A stretch of 64,000 bases of DNA from Planctomycetota bacterium (GTDB taxonomy: Bacteria; Planctomycetota; Phycisphaerae; Phycisphaerales; UBA5793), in contig CAUJHZ010000018.1 of NCBI GenBank assembly GCA_963205185.1, positions 27,665 through 91,664 on the forward strand, in the 5' to 3' direction. The notes beneath the pieces are model-generated. The model saw only the letters and a program-made list of their open reading frames with translations. It had not been told where the DNA came from and ran no database searches. The position numbers were made by a program, and so were the translations under genes. Positions 36,067-46,320 of this stretch are shown here, in pieces; position 1 is the stretch's first letter, and every line of letters starts with the position of its first letter.

Positions 36067-37077
36067 TTATGGACGCAGGACCCGAAGTCCAACCTCGGAG
36101 CGCCGGCGGAGTAAACTCCGCAGTTCCTTACCCGTCACTCGTTCAATACGCCAGTTCGACAGAAGTACCAGGTAGTCCTCTTCAGGTATTAGTGATGGCA
36201 GGTCTGGAGTAACCGCGATAACTACTGGTCCATCCACGATCCAATCAGCGTCGCTGTTTGAAAACTGTACCCCTCCAAGTTCATACCACTTCCCACCCAG
36301 AGCACGAGCGTCGCCAATGTATTGATTAATCAGCATCAAACACACGGCCTCCACGCGCTCCGTCTCTAGCAAGTCCAACACATGGTCGCTCACCCACATG
36401 TTGTGATCGACCAAGTGCATGGAGGATAAGTCAGCGGGCTCTCCGGTATGGGGATTGTGGCCTGCGGTGTCATTCAAAGTGTGCAGAGACAGAATGTTAC
36501 CGATACCGGATAACTGGCCTGAAAGCTGCCGGCGCGTCGTCCATTGATATTCCAAACGCCGATGGATGACCAGAGACCCAACCAGGCTGAAGACCATGAG
36601 CATCGACAGTACGGCTGCTGTCCGCTTGCGCAGCAACACATTGACCACAGAACAAGCCAATCCCACAGCAGTCGCCGCGACCGCCCATAGCCCTAGATAT
36701 TGGGAATCTTGTTGAAGTACGCCTGGCCAGTGTATGCGTATCGCCACGCCCGCCATCAGTAGATTCGCCAGTAGCGTGAGCAGCGGCAGTACCATTATCC
36801 ACGCCGGCTGGCCAATTAATACGGATGCAGCCGGAAACATCGCATTGCAGCGGCGGCATTGGCACGCGTCGCCGATATCCGCCGATCGAAGTGGCAACTT
36901 GCAATACGGACATCGCATGATGCGGCCACGTGTTTGTCTGGCGAATAGTGGCTTATGCTGAATAGTGCCACACTCTGGACATGTCTGTCCAGCGTCTATA
37001 TACGGATAACCGCAGCCCTCGCAGTGGTGCAATGGAATGCATGAACGGTGGCCAAGTCGCAATCGTGCCTTCACCAT
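36067..37077 (-). CDS. double zinc-ribbon membrane protein
   Basis: 'CEGCGYPYIDAGQTCPECG', 'CPYCKL...CQCRRC', then 3-4 TM helices and a C-terminal soluble domain. Confidence 0.55.
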   Translation of the reverse strand: MVKARLRLGHRSCIPLHHCEGCGYPYIDAGQTCPECGTIQHKPLFARQTRGRIMRCPYCKLPLRSADIGDACQCRRCNAMFPAASVLIGQPAWIMVLPLLTLLANLLMAGVAIRIHWPGVLQQDSQYLGLWAVAATAVGLACSVVNVLLRKRTAAVLSMLMVFSLVGSLVIHRRLEYQWTTRRQLSGQLSGIGNILSLHTLNDTAGHNPHTGEPADLSSMHLVDHNMWVSDHVLDLLETERVEAVCLMLINQYIGDARALGGKWYELGGVQFSNSDADWIVDGPVVIAVTPDLPSLIPEEDYLVLLSNWRIERVTGKELRSLLRRRSEVGLRVLRP

Positions 37078-37110
37078 TGTGTCGCCTGCGAAGAATACTA
37101 TCGGAACTCG

Positions 37111-37314
37111 TCATTCATAATGTCGGACCAGCAGGGAAACAGCGTGCGACAGATTGCCGAACTCCATGGCCCCCTGTTCCGGTTGTAGTCGTACCGGAGT
37201 CGGCATGTCCGATGAATGGGAGCCGCATTCATTTCGTGCGTATGCAGATTTATTGCCATGGGAGCGCCTTTCGCGCGATACGCGTCGCATAGTCCGTCGG
37301 TCGACCGCCATCAT
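37111..37314 (-). CDS. possible small ORF translationally coupled to the Rhs stop
   Basis: ATGA overlap with the Rhs stop codon. 67 aa, Arg-rich, no motif; may be spurious. Confidence 0.2.
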   Translation of the reverse strand: MMAVDRRTMRRVSRERRSHGNKSAYARNECGSHSSDMPTPVRLQPEQGAMEFGNLSHAVSLLVRHYE

Positions 37315-40300
37315 TCACAGCAGGGGCAGCCTGGAGTGCAGGGGCGTTCATGGCATGGCTTGCAGGGGTTCGCGAAAACTCTGCTTCCATGATCCGCTGC
37401 AGCCATCGGGAGCCACCATCCAGGAGGGCCGGGCGGAATCGGCCATACAATGCCGTGCTTGCACGATGGGTAAAGCTTTACGCAAGCGTCTACGCATTTG
37501 GTTTTGTCGCATCGGGCCGGGAGGCACGAGTTGCATGCATCATAGCAAATCAAGTGTGTGTTCTTTACGACTCTGTATCTGCCCTCCTGCGCGTAGCCCT
37601 GCAGTTCAGCGCAGATGCATCCAGAGGTAGCAGTGCAGCTTTTGCTGGCTTTTGCGTCCTTGACCCATTGCTTACCCCATACGCAGGCTGAATATGCATG
37701 TTGAAACTCGTGCCTGACTGTATCAGGGACTCTATACCCCGGATCATTCGGACAGAAAGTTATCCTTGGCGGATTATGGTCGGTGTATCCAGGCTGCTTG
37801 CAGTTATCACATTTTACTGTTGGGAGAGTACAGCCCCGGTTTCGCATATCCTGGAGCCATGTGCTTATTGGAGGAGTTGCGATTGCTAAGCATATACCGC
37901 GCTCATCGGCAAGGGTGCAATTAGATACCTTTATTCCCCAACAGTCCAACCCAGACGGATCCCACGCGGCCTGCGGCTGGGACTTTACGTACTCATACAG
38001 CCCCAACCCATCCACATACCCCAACGGATCGCGCCGCGTCCACACGCCGAGGTCGCTCCGGTAGACGCGGTGGCGAACGTGGTAGGTGTCGCCCAATTCA
38101 GCGTCGTACTCGTACCCAGCGTACCCCTTGCGGTTGGCGATCGAGGTGAACGTGCCGATCGGCGAGCCGTAGGGGTCGTAGTTCACGCGCTCGCTGATCG
38201 AGCCGGAGGTGTTGATCAAAGCGACGACGTCGTGGTGCTGATTCTGGAGGTAGTACCGGCGTTCATCCAGTGTGCCGTTGGCGTCGGTGTCGCGGTCGCG
38301 CAGGATGACATCGTCGATGTACGATGATCCGCCCGTTCCAGATAGCCCGGCATTGTGATACCAGAACTGCTCCGTTGGCTCCGAGGCGTCGGCGTCATCC
38401 TCGTATATCGCCACAATCCGCCAGCGCTCGTCGTAGGCGAAGTGTTGCCACGGGGCGGTCTCGTCGTAGCGGGCGCTGAGCCGGAATCCCAGCGCGTTGT
38501 AGACGAACTCGGCCTTGACGTTGTTCGACTGGTCCTTGACCCTGACGAGCCGATACCACGCGTCGTATTCGTACTTCCAGTCGCGCTTGTCATCGGTCAG
38601 GTTGCCCGCGGCGTCGTAGGTCGGCGCGACGTTGTTGGTCTGGTTGTCCCAGCCGGTGATCTCGTTGACCTTGTTGTGGGTGAAGTCCCAGTCGAACTCG
38701 GTGGTGGAGCCGCCGGTGACGAGATCGGTGTGGGTCCAGTTGCCGACGTGATCGAGGTCGAAGATCTGCTTGCGGGTCTCGCTGGTGATGCTGCCGCCAG
38801 ACAGCGTGCCCGCCTGTGCCTGGCTGAGGCGTTCGAGCATGTCGTTGGTGTACTTCCAGTCGAATCCGGTCTGCACCGAATCGTCGGCGGTGAGCAGATT
38901 CGAGTTGCGATCGTAGCCGAGGGTGACCTTGTAGAGGTCGGTCGTGCTCTGCTTCCAGCGGGATTCGACGATGCGGTTGAAGCGGTCCATCGCGTCGTAG
39001 ACATCGCTGCTGTTGAACAGCAGCGAAGTGACCACCGGGCTGGGCTGGTTGTAGACGGTGCCGACCAGTGAGCCCACGCCGAGGTAGGCGTAGCGGACGC
39101 GATTGGTCGCCCCGCCGCCTGAACCTTCGGCGATGCGCGTCACCCGGCTGGCATTGTCATCGTGCAGGCCGTCAGTGGATTCGTAGAGATACGACAGGAC
39201 ACCGCTGTTGGGCAAGGTCATCTGCGTGCGGCGCAACGTGCGCCGGGCGCTGGCCGGCTCCTTCTTCTCCCAGGCATAGGCAATGGTGTACTCGTCGGCG
39301 GATGTGCCCGTCGAGATCGCACCACTGCGGTTCTGGGTGAACGAGGCCAGGTTGCCCCAGTCGTCGTAGGCATACTGCACCTGGTTCTGGACTGTGCCGC
39401 TGCCGACGGTCGCGTTGTCGTACGACGAAACCAGATCGACGCGGCCGTGGTTGTCGTAAGTGGTCGAGAGGCGCAGGATGGCAGTGTCGAAGCCGCCCGA
39501 GGTGGTCACGCGCTCGTGAGTCCTGCGGCCGGAATCATCGAAGTCGTACTCCATGACCCGGCCGACCTGATCCTTGGTCCAGATCGTCTCCGCCTGAGCG
39601 TTGTAGGCGAAAGTCACGACATCAGCCGCGGTGAGTGAGTCGGGATACTGCACCTTCTGGAGGAGGTGGCCGGTGGCGATCTTCGAATCGCCGGCGCTGG
39701 TGCCCTTGGTCGTGCCGTAGGTGTAGTTGGTGGTCTCGTCGTTGCCCGATCCCGTCATGCGCTGCGTGATCGAGGTCTGAAGGCCATTGGTGTAGACGTA
39801 CTCGACGGTCTGGTTGATGTCCGTGCCCGAGGGTTCGCCACTGTTGGTGTTCGGGTCGTAGTTGCGGATGGTCTTGGTCTGCCGGTTGGCGTCGTCGTAC
39901 TCGAACTTGCTCACGCGGCCCATGGGATTTTCGATCGTCTCCGCGCGGCTCATGAGGTCATAGGTGGTGGTCGTGCGCAGGGCCGTGTCCGAGCGCGCCG
40001 GGATGCTGAGATTCGTTCGATCAAAGGTGCTGCCGCCGTTGGTGCCGTACATCACGGTGTCGGTGAGGCGGTGGAGGTCGTCGTACCACAGCGCCGTGAT
40101 CTGAGCCCGGCCCTTGATATCCGACGCGGTGATCTTCATCGGATCGCCGTCGGCGTTGGTGTCCAGCGGGCCCGTCGTCTGGCCCGTTCCTGCATCCTCG
40201 TGCTTGCGCTGGATGAGCACCTGCATGAGAACTTCATCGCCATCAGGGTCACAGACGGTCTGGTTCTCTTCGAGGACGATGTCGCCGGTGACCGTCTCGG

Positions 40301-43300
40301 CGTCGGCGTAACTCGAGTCGTCCGTGCTCGCCAAGGTGAAGACGTGCGTCACCCGGTCGAGGCGGTCGTGGTAGGTCTTGACGAGCTGCTCGCCCTGGCT
40401 CTTCATGACCCGACCGACCTTGTCGTACCAGGTCAGGAATGCGAGGGAATCATCATCGGCGCCGGTGGACTGGTTGATCTTGTGCCGCGTCGTCTTCCAC
40501 GTGCGGCCCAGTTCATCGAAGAAGGACTGCGCCAGGCTCAGGCGGTCAGTTGACCGCGTGACGGGATTGTCCGAAGCGCTGACGTTGCCGTCCTTGTACT
40601 GGCCCGAGGCGACGAGCCGGCCGAGGTTGTCGAACTTATTGAGGATGAACTTGGGCTCAGTTGGATTGGTCTGGAGCAGCACCCGGCCGCGCACGTCGTG
40701 TTCGAAGGTGGTTTCCCGACTTCCCGTGGAGTTGTCGCGGATGTAGGCGGTCTGACTCGTGATGTAGGAGTTGCCGCCGTCACTTCCGCCGTCGTACTCG
40801 GTTTCCGAGACGACGACCATGTTGTTGGTGCCCGAGGTGTCGCCGCCGGGATCGCCGTTGTCGTTGGTGCCGATCTCCTGGCTCACGACCCGGCCCAGGG
40901 TGTCGAATTCGTTGCGCGTGATCGTGCCTGCCGGAGTCTTGGTCCGGATCAGGCGGCCCATCGCGTCGTGGGCAAAAGTCGTCACGTCGTAGTTCGTGCC
41001 CTGCGAGCCCTCGCCCGTCGAACCGCTGACGGGAATCGGCGGACGCACGTGGTACTGCCACTGGGCCGTGGCCCGCACACCCGTCGCGTTGAAGATCGTC
41101 TTGGTCAGGATGTGGCAGTTGCCCAGGTTGGCCACCGCGTCGATCACATCGCTCTCAGTTGTGTCCACCTGGCTGTTGAGCGCCGTCGTCGATTCATTGT
41201 CCGTCAGTTCGATCACGCACTGGTAGACCTGGCGGCCGGCGTGATTGGTGATCACGTACTGGACGGGGCCGTAGAACACATCGGGGTCGGCCGATTCGTC
41301 GAAGTTGCTGTAGGCGAGTGTCACCGCGAGGCGGCTGGCCAGCATCGAGTGATTGGACTTCTTGACGAGTCCGCCCGCCGCGGTCGCGTTCATCACATCC
41401 AGTCGTCCCTGCCGGTCGTAGGTGTACGTCGTCTTGCGGTGCAGGGGCGAACCGGTGCTCGAGAACCCTGTCGGAATCGTGATCCCGCTGAAGTCGCCGC
41501 TGGTGGTGTCGGCGTCGATGATCCGCTTGACGAGCTGCCCGCCGGAGAACTCGCTGTAGTCGATGCGGTCCTCGGCGTTCTTCTCGAACTGGAGCGTGCC
41601 GTCCTCGAGGAAGAACTGTTTGGAGGTATTCGCCGTCCCCGAGCCGTTCTTGGCCGTCGTGACGGCGGGCAGGGTCGTCGTGACCTCCTTGGGCATGAGC
41701 ACGGCATCGCCGGTATAAAAGGTATGGGTGAAGGTCGTCACATGGGAAGTGGTCGTGCCTGAGGTGATCTCATCCTCATAGATGCGCCGGCTCGCCACCA
41801 ATGGGCGCACCACCGTCGAATCCCCGATCGTCTTGCTCGTGGTCGTGTAGGTCAGAGTGAGATCGAGGTACGCCGAACCGCTGGTGCCCGTCTTGTGCTT
41901 CAAATCGGTGATGAAGCCGGTCAGGTCGCCCGAGGACTGGCGCACGATCGTATTGATGAGTCCGACCGACGAACTCAGTGTGAATGAGCCCGTCGAATGG
42001 GTGTAGGCCGTGACGTTGGCGGGCGAGTGGATGTCGGTGATGCCGCCGAGGCTGTCGCGCACGACCTGCGTCGCCCAGGTCAGTTGCCCGCTCGTCTGCG
42101 TGGGGTCGAGCTTGGTGCGGACCTGACCGAGCGGCTGGCCGACCTCATCGAAGTACTGCGTCAGGTAGGTCGTGTCGGGCAACTCGACCACGGTGCGGTA
42201 CAGCCACTCTTCGTCGTAGCCGCTTCCGCCCGGATGGCTCCCATTGGTGGCGTAGGTGAACTCGTAGGTGCCTTCGCCGGTGGCGATGCCCGAGCAGGCG
42301 CGCTGGCCGTTGAAGGTCGCCAGTGAGATCTGCCGGCTCGAATACTCGAGGTACGCCTCGGCGTAATCCAGCAGCGCGCTCTGGCTCGCGGTCAGGAAGT
42401 CATCATCGAACTGGCCATCCTGCGTCCAGTCGAAGTTGCGTGTCCCCTCGAAGCCGACGACGAGCTTGACCTGGTAGGAAGTGCCGTTGGTGTCGCCGGA
42501 CTTGTGGTAGCGGTAGTACTTCTTGCGGATCATCGACTTCGACGAATCTGTGAGCGGCGTCGTGATTGTCACGAGCTGAAGGTTGCCTGCTTCGCCGTAG
42601 GTCGTGTCCGCCGAGGTGTAGTAGGCGTAATCGACACGGTTCACTTCGACCCAGCCGCTCACATCGATCTCGACTTTGACCTGCGTGAGGCGATCGACAC
42701 TGTCGAGTGTCGTGTAGGAATAGGTGTAGCGGCGGTCGGCGCTGTCGAAAGCGAGTTTGATGCCGCCGTTGGTGTGGAAGCCATTGGTGATCGCGGTGCT
42801 CGGACTCGTTTCGTGCCCGACGTACGCCGTGTTGCCATCGGCGTCGATGATCTTCCAGATCTGCCCCTTGGCCACGCCCGCGTCGGTGTTGAAACCGAAG
42901 AAGTACACCCGCGTGCCATGCTGGTCGGTGTAGATGTAGGTCTCCGGCTCGCCGACCCCTCCGGCCGCCACCCATTCGAACGCGCCTGCCGCGCCGTTCT
43001 TCGATTTGAACTGATTGCTGCTCGTGCCCTCGCGTTTCAACTCGATGTAGCGGTCTGCGCCGTAGATCAGATACAGGACATCGTCGGCAGCGTCATTGGG
43101 ATCATCATAAAGAAGGATCTCCGGCTGGCCGGACTGGAACCAGTTCCGGCCCTGGTAGCCGTCGCTGTCATGGTGGCTGCCATCGACATCCTGACGCGCG
43201 TTGTAGGTGCGGCCGATCATCCAAGAGAACCCGGGCGCGGGCATCGCGATGTCAATATCGAAGGGTGAGTACGTGCCGGTGTCGAGGCGCACATCACCGC

Positions 43301-43514
43301 AGATGCGGTTGTTGCGGTTCCAGTTGCCGCTTCCTTCGCCTTCGAGCGGATTGCCCGCAAGGGAAACTGCGATCCCCGGCGCTTCGCGCAACGTTCCGTC
43401 GAGGTTCACGCCGCGCTGGATCGCGCGGGGCGCGACATCCTGCACCAAACTCGCGGCCGCTGGAAGGTAGGTCGTGAGCGAAGCGGCGTAGATTTCGAGG
43501 ATCTGACTGCTCAT
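37311..43514 (-). CDS. Rhs/YD-repeat protein with Cys-rich HExxH C-terminal domain
   Basis: Many YD repeats ('YTYDRQGRL', 'FEYDDANRQ', 'YEYDAWYRL'). Rhs core 'VNYDPYGSP..YAGYEYDAELGDTYHVRHRVYRSDLGVWTRRDPLGYVDGLGLYEYV..DPSGL'. C-terminal domain has 'RHEFQHAY'. ATG at 43514. Confidence 0.9.
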   Translation of the reverse strand: MSSQILEIYAASLTTYLPAAASLVQDVAPRAIQRGVNLDGTLREAPGIAVSLAGNPLEGEGSGNWNRNNRICGDVRLDTGTYSPFDIDIAMPAPGFSWMIGRTYNARQDVDGSHHDSDGYQGRNWFQSGQPEILLYDDPNDAADDVLYLIYGADRYIELKREGTSSNQFKSKNGAAGAFEWVAAGGVGEPETYIYTDQHGTRVYFFGFNTDAGVAKGQIWKIIDADGNTAYVGHETSPSTAITNGFHTNGGIKLAFDSADRRYTYSYTTLDSVDRLTQVKVEIDVSGWVEVNRVDYAYYTSADTTYGEAGNLQLVTITTPLTDSSKSMIRKKYYRYHKSGDTNGTSYQVKLVVGFEGTRNFDWTQDGQFDDDFLTASQSALLDYAEAYLEYSSRQISLATFNGQRACSGIATGEGTYEFTYATNGSHPGGSGYDEEWLYRTVVELPDTTYLTQYFDEVGQPLGQVRTKLDPTQTSGQLTWATQVVRDSLGGITDIHSPANVTAYTHSTGSFTLSSSVGLINTIVRQSSGDLTGFITDLKHKTGTSGSAYLDLTLTYTTTSKTIGDSTVVRPLVASRRIYEDEITSGTTTSHVTTFTHTFYTGDAVLMPKEVTTTLPAVTTAKNGSGTANTSKQFFLEDGTLQFEKNAEDRIDYSEFSGGQLVKRIIDADTTSGDFSGITIPTGFSSTGSPLHRKTTYTYDRQGRLDVMNATAAGGLVKKSNHSMLASRLAVTLAYSNFDESADPDVFYGPVQYVITNHAGRQVYQCVIELTDNESTTALNSQVDTTESDVIDAVANLGNCHILTKTIFNATGVRATAQWQYHVRPPIPVSGSTGEGSQGTNYDVTTFAHDAMGRLIRTKTPAGTITRNEFDTLGRVVSQEIGTNDNGDPGGDTSGTNNMVVVSETEYDGGSDGGNSYITSQTAYIRDNSTGSRETTFEHDVRGRVLLQTNPTEPKFILNKFDNLGRLVASGQYKDGNVSASDNPVTRSTDRLSLAQSFFDELGRTWKTTRHKINQSTGADDDSLAFLTWYDKVGRVMKSQGEQLVKTYHDRLDRVTHVFTLASTDDSSYADAETVTGDIVLEENQTVCDPDGDEVLMQVLIQRKHEDAGTGQTTGPLDTNADGDPMKITASDIKGRAQITALWYDDLHRLTDTVMYGTNGGSTFDRTNLSIPARSDTALRTTTTYDLMSRAETIENPMGRVSKFEYDDANRQTKTIRNYDPNTNSGEPSGTDINQTVEYVYTNGLQTSITQRMTGSGNDETTNYTYGTTKGTSAGDSKIATGHLLQKVQYPDSLTAADVVTFAYNAQAETIWTKDQVGRVMEYDFDDSGRRTHERVTTSGGFDTAILRLSTTYDNHGRVDLVSSYDNATVGSGTVQNQVQYAYDDWGNLASFTQNRSGAISTGTSADEYTIAYAWEKKEPASARRTLRRTQMTLPNSGVLSYLYESTDGLHDDNASRVTRIAEGSGGGATNRVRYAYLGVGSLVGTVYNQPSPVVTSLLFNSSDVYDAMDRFNRIVESRWKQSTTDLYKVTLGYDRNSNLLTADDSVQTGFDWKYTNDMLERLSQAQAGTLSGGSITSETRKQIFDLDHVGNWTHTDLVTGGSTTEFDWDFTHNKVNEITGWDNQTNNVAPTYDAAGNLTDDKRDWKYEYDAWYRLVRVKDQSNNVKAEFVYNALGFRLSARYDETAPWQHFAYDERWRIVAIYEDDADASEPTEQFWYHNAGLSGTGGSSYIDDVILRDRDTDANGTLDERRYYLQNQHHDVVALINTSGSISERVNYDPYGSPIGTFTSIANRKGYAGYEYDAELGDTYHVRHRVYRSDLGVWTRRDPLGYVDGLGLYEYVKSQPQAAWDPSGLDCWGIKVSNCTLADERGICLAIATPPISTWLQDMRNRGCTLPTVKCDNCKQPGYTDHNPPRITFCPNDPGYRVPDTVRHEFQHAYSACVWGKQWVKDAKASKSCTATSGCICAELQGYAQEGRYRVVKNTHLICYDACNSCLPARCDKTKCVDACVKLYPSCKHGIVWPIPPGPPGWWLPMAAADHGSRVFANPCKPCHERPCTPGCPCCE

Positions 43515-43933
43515 TTTTGGCTCCAAAGAGTCCGAACGGTCATCGACACCAGAGTCTATTCCGGAACTGGATGAGCGACCTGCAGTTGCCCGGCACGTTC
43601 TCGGGGGAATTCTCACGTCGAAAACACAAGCCGCAGATTGGTTCTGGGCACGGCCAGACCCACGCTCACGAAGTTGTTACCGGCAGGCAACGCTGGACAG
43701 AATGACCGTGCTTTGTGAACATTGCACGGTATATCTATCCAAGTCGACGTGGAGTCTGCCCCAGGAGTGGTCCTCCCGGTTGATTGGCCCGTGGCGCTGG
43801 CCTTCCGCCTCCGCCTCAGACCTCTGCGGGGACTAAAGTAAGTGGCCTCATCCGCTGGATTTGGCCTCTGTCGCCTTTGCCAGGTGTTTCTGTTGATACG
43901 GATCTGATTTCATTGCATTCCGGAGGGATTGAT

Positions 43934-44380
43934 ATGCCCCGACCCAAACTCGCCCGCGTCTCAACAACCGATCTTCGTCGCGAGATCGAACGCCGAGCTG
44001 TGTACGCCAGCACACTCGAGGTCAAGCGCGTCGAGATCGCCAGAGAATTGGAGCAACTGGATGCCGAGATTACGGCGCTTGGTGGTTCTGCCCCCTCACC
44101 CACCAATGGAGCGAAGAACCGGCGCGGTCGCACTGCTCCTCGGCGCGGCCGCCGGACCAATGCGTCCATCACCCGTGCGGCGAACAAAGTGCCCCTCCAC
44201 ACAGCACTGCACGATGTGTTGACGGGCAAGACGATGGGTGTCTCGGAAGTGGCGCAGGCTGTTCAGGATGCAGGGTACAAGACGAATTCAGGCCATTTCC
44301 GAACGATGGTGAACATCACGCTGCTCAAGCGAAAGGACCTGTTCAAGAAGAGGGGGCGCGGACAGTACACCGCCAAGTAA
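43934..44380 (+). CDS. coiled-coil / basic-linker / winged-helix DNA-binding protein candidate
   Basis: RBS GGAGGG; 'LEVKRVEIARELEQLDAEITAL', R-rich linker, C-terminus 'LHTALHDVLTGKTMGVSEVAQAVQDAGYKT..KKRGRGQYTAK' resembling the C-terminus of 1214..2284. Confidence 0.5.
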   Translation: MPRPKLARVSTTDLRREIERRAVYASTLEVKRVEIARELEQLDAEITALGGSAPSPTNGAKNRRGRTAPRRGRRTNASITRAANKVPLHTALHDVLTGKTMGVSEVAQAVQDAGYKTNSGHFRTMVNITLLKRKDLFKKRGRGQYTAK

Positions 44381-44490
44381 ATTCACGCACATTGGTCGAT
44401 CTGCCAGATTCCGCAATCCACAATGGGGCCAATCGTCAGGCGCGCTTGTGCAGATGCCTAAGTTGATCAATTCGTGAGCATCCGTGGTCT

Positions 44491-45459
44491 TTAGATACTC
44501 AGACTTGCCGATTGGCGCCTCCTGCGGCATCCCGCGCATCCGCGCCGCCTTTCCTCACGCGCGTCCGCCATGTCCAATGCGGCTGCGTCAACCAACCGAT
44601 GCGGCGCAATCTGCGGACCAGTCGCTTCGATTGATGCCGACCCTGCACCTGGCTCAAAGCCACTGCAATCCGCATCGCACGCCATCGTCAGCGTCGCCGT
44701 TCCGCCCGTCGCGGCCGGGTGCATCGCCGTGCCGGATCCACCGCAGAGACAGGCGGTGCTGCTCAACCCGTTCGTGATCACCAGCGGCCATGTCGAGTAG
44801 TTGGCGCACTGGCGGGCGTCGAAGCTCGCAACGCCAAAGAAGATCGGGATCGGGATCCCGCCGCCGGGCAGGGCCGTGACCCAGAGGATGAAGCGCCGTG
44901 TCGTGCCGATCACCTGGTAATCGAGCACGGCGCTCGTGATCAGCACATCAAACGTGTTGCTCGTGCCGGTGCAGTTGGAGTTGACGTACTGCGTCGCGTT
45001 GATGCCGGTGTCGGCCAGGATCAGGCAGGTGCGCCACTGGCAGCAGACCGTATCGGGATTGATCGTGTTGCACGGCGAGTCCGGATCGCGGATCGAGGTG
45101 TGGGCACCGTCGTTCCAGTTGAACGGCAGCGTCAGGTCGGGCATGGCGGCCGAGAGGTACTTGTAGGAGGCCCAGGTTCCCGGCGCGGCCACGCAGTCGT
45201 TGCCACGGAAGGTGCGGCATCCGGTGGTGAAGGTCAGACCACTGAGTTTGACGGTCAGGCACGCCTTGCCGCTCGAGTTGTGACAGCCGTCAATGGGCAG
45301 GGAGTACTGCACGCCGTCGCCGCACTCGATGCAGATGCAGCACGGGCAGTCCGGACAATCAACGCCTTCCTTGCAACAGCAGCAGTTCGTGCTCGTCGCC
45401 GGCAGGCCGATCGGGCCGAGCAGTAGCGAATTGCCCGATGGTCCAAGGATGAGGGGCAT
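44491..45459 (-). CDS. tail-tip/fibre candidate with N-terminal poly-Cys cluster
   Basis: Last gene of the tail module; 'TNCCCCKEGVDCPDCPCCICIECGDG' near the N-terminus. Confidence 0.45.
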   Translation of the reverse strand: MPLILGPSGNSLLLGPIGLPATSTNCCCCKEGVDCPDCPCCICIECGDGVQYSLPIDGCHNSSGKACLTVKLSGLTFTTGCRTFRGNDCVAAPGTWASYKYLSAAMPDLTLPFNWNDGAHTSIRDPDSPCNTINPDTVCCQWRTCLILADTGINATQYVNSNCTGTSNTFDVLITSAVLDYQVIGTTRRFILWVTALPGGGIPIPIFFGVASFDARQCANYSTWPLVITNGLSSTACLCGGSGTAMHPAATGGTATLTMACDADCSGFEPGAGSASIEATGPQIAPHRLVDAAALDMADAREERRRGCAGCRRRRQSASLSI

Positions 45460-45523
45460 GGTTCGGTTCCCTTCGGTCGCTCACCACAAGTGAGTTCCAC
45501 TTCCTTTGGTCTCTCGCCACGAG

Positions 45524-46318
45524 TCAGGGGCAACTCTCCAGGTTGACATCGCTCGTCGTGCTCGTCGTTGAAGTGGCGCCAACACCGATCACCACACCCG
45601 CCACATTGCGCGAGAGTGTGATGATCGATCGCTGCACAGTGATGCGAAGGACGCTGCCGACAATTGCGTGGGTGACGCCGGTGACGAGTGTCAGTTGCAA
45701 GGTGCTGTTGACGGTGGTGTCGATCTTGAGGCAGCCTTCAGTATCGAAGGCGAGTCCACTATTCGAAGCGAGGCACACCGCCGCGCCGTCCGCAGGCAGA
45801 CGCACGAACGCCTGACGAAGCAGGCTGATCGAATCCTCGACCCAGAGGATCTGGGCCGCTCCGCTATCGCCGCTGAGCAGTCGATCCGTCAATCCCGGCG
45901 AGATATCGGCGAACTCATGACTTGGATCGGCCAGCCCGATCTTGACGGGCACCACGCCACCCATGGCCGCACGCACGATCGCGCCAGAAGCGGCGGTCTC
46001 CAGCAGAATCGCGAACTTGCCGGCGTGTTCGGCTGCGGGAACCACGCCCGTGAATGCCACACGCTCGAGTTCGAGAGCATCGCTGGGATCGATGATCGGA
46101 TCGGTGATGGCCAGCACACCGAACCGGCCCACCGTCGAACCCGTCGAGTTCAGGACGAGGATGACGTCGTTATCGTGCCGCAGTCGTTGCGGATCACCCG
46201 CTGCATTGTGCTGGCGCTGTCGCAGATCGACAGCCGCATCGACGAAGGCGTTGTATGCCGCCGCGGGGATGTTGAGCGGATCGCCGGTTTTCACCTTGCG
46301 CAGGGAATCGCCACTCAT
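45524..46318 (-). CDS. phage tail-tip protein candidate
   Basis: Position downstream of the tape measure; 264 aa; no motif recognised. Confidence 0.45.
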   Translation of the reverse strand: MSGDSLRKVKTGDPLNIPAAAYNAFVDAAVDLRQRQHNAAGDPQRLRHDNDVILVLNSTGSTVGRFGVLAITDPIIDPSDALELERVAFTGVVPAAEHAGKFAILLETAASGAIVRAAMGGVVPVKIGLADPSHEFADISPGLTDRLLSGDSGAAQILWVEDSISLLRQAFVRLPADGAAVCLASNSGLAFDTEGCLKIDTTVNSTLQLTLVTGVTHAIVGSVLRITVQRSIITLSRNVAGVVIGVGATSTTSTTSDVNLESCP

Positions 46319-46320
46319 GG

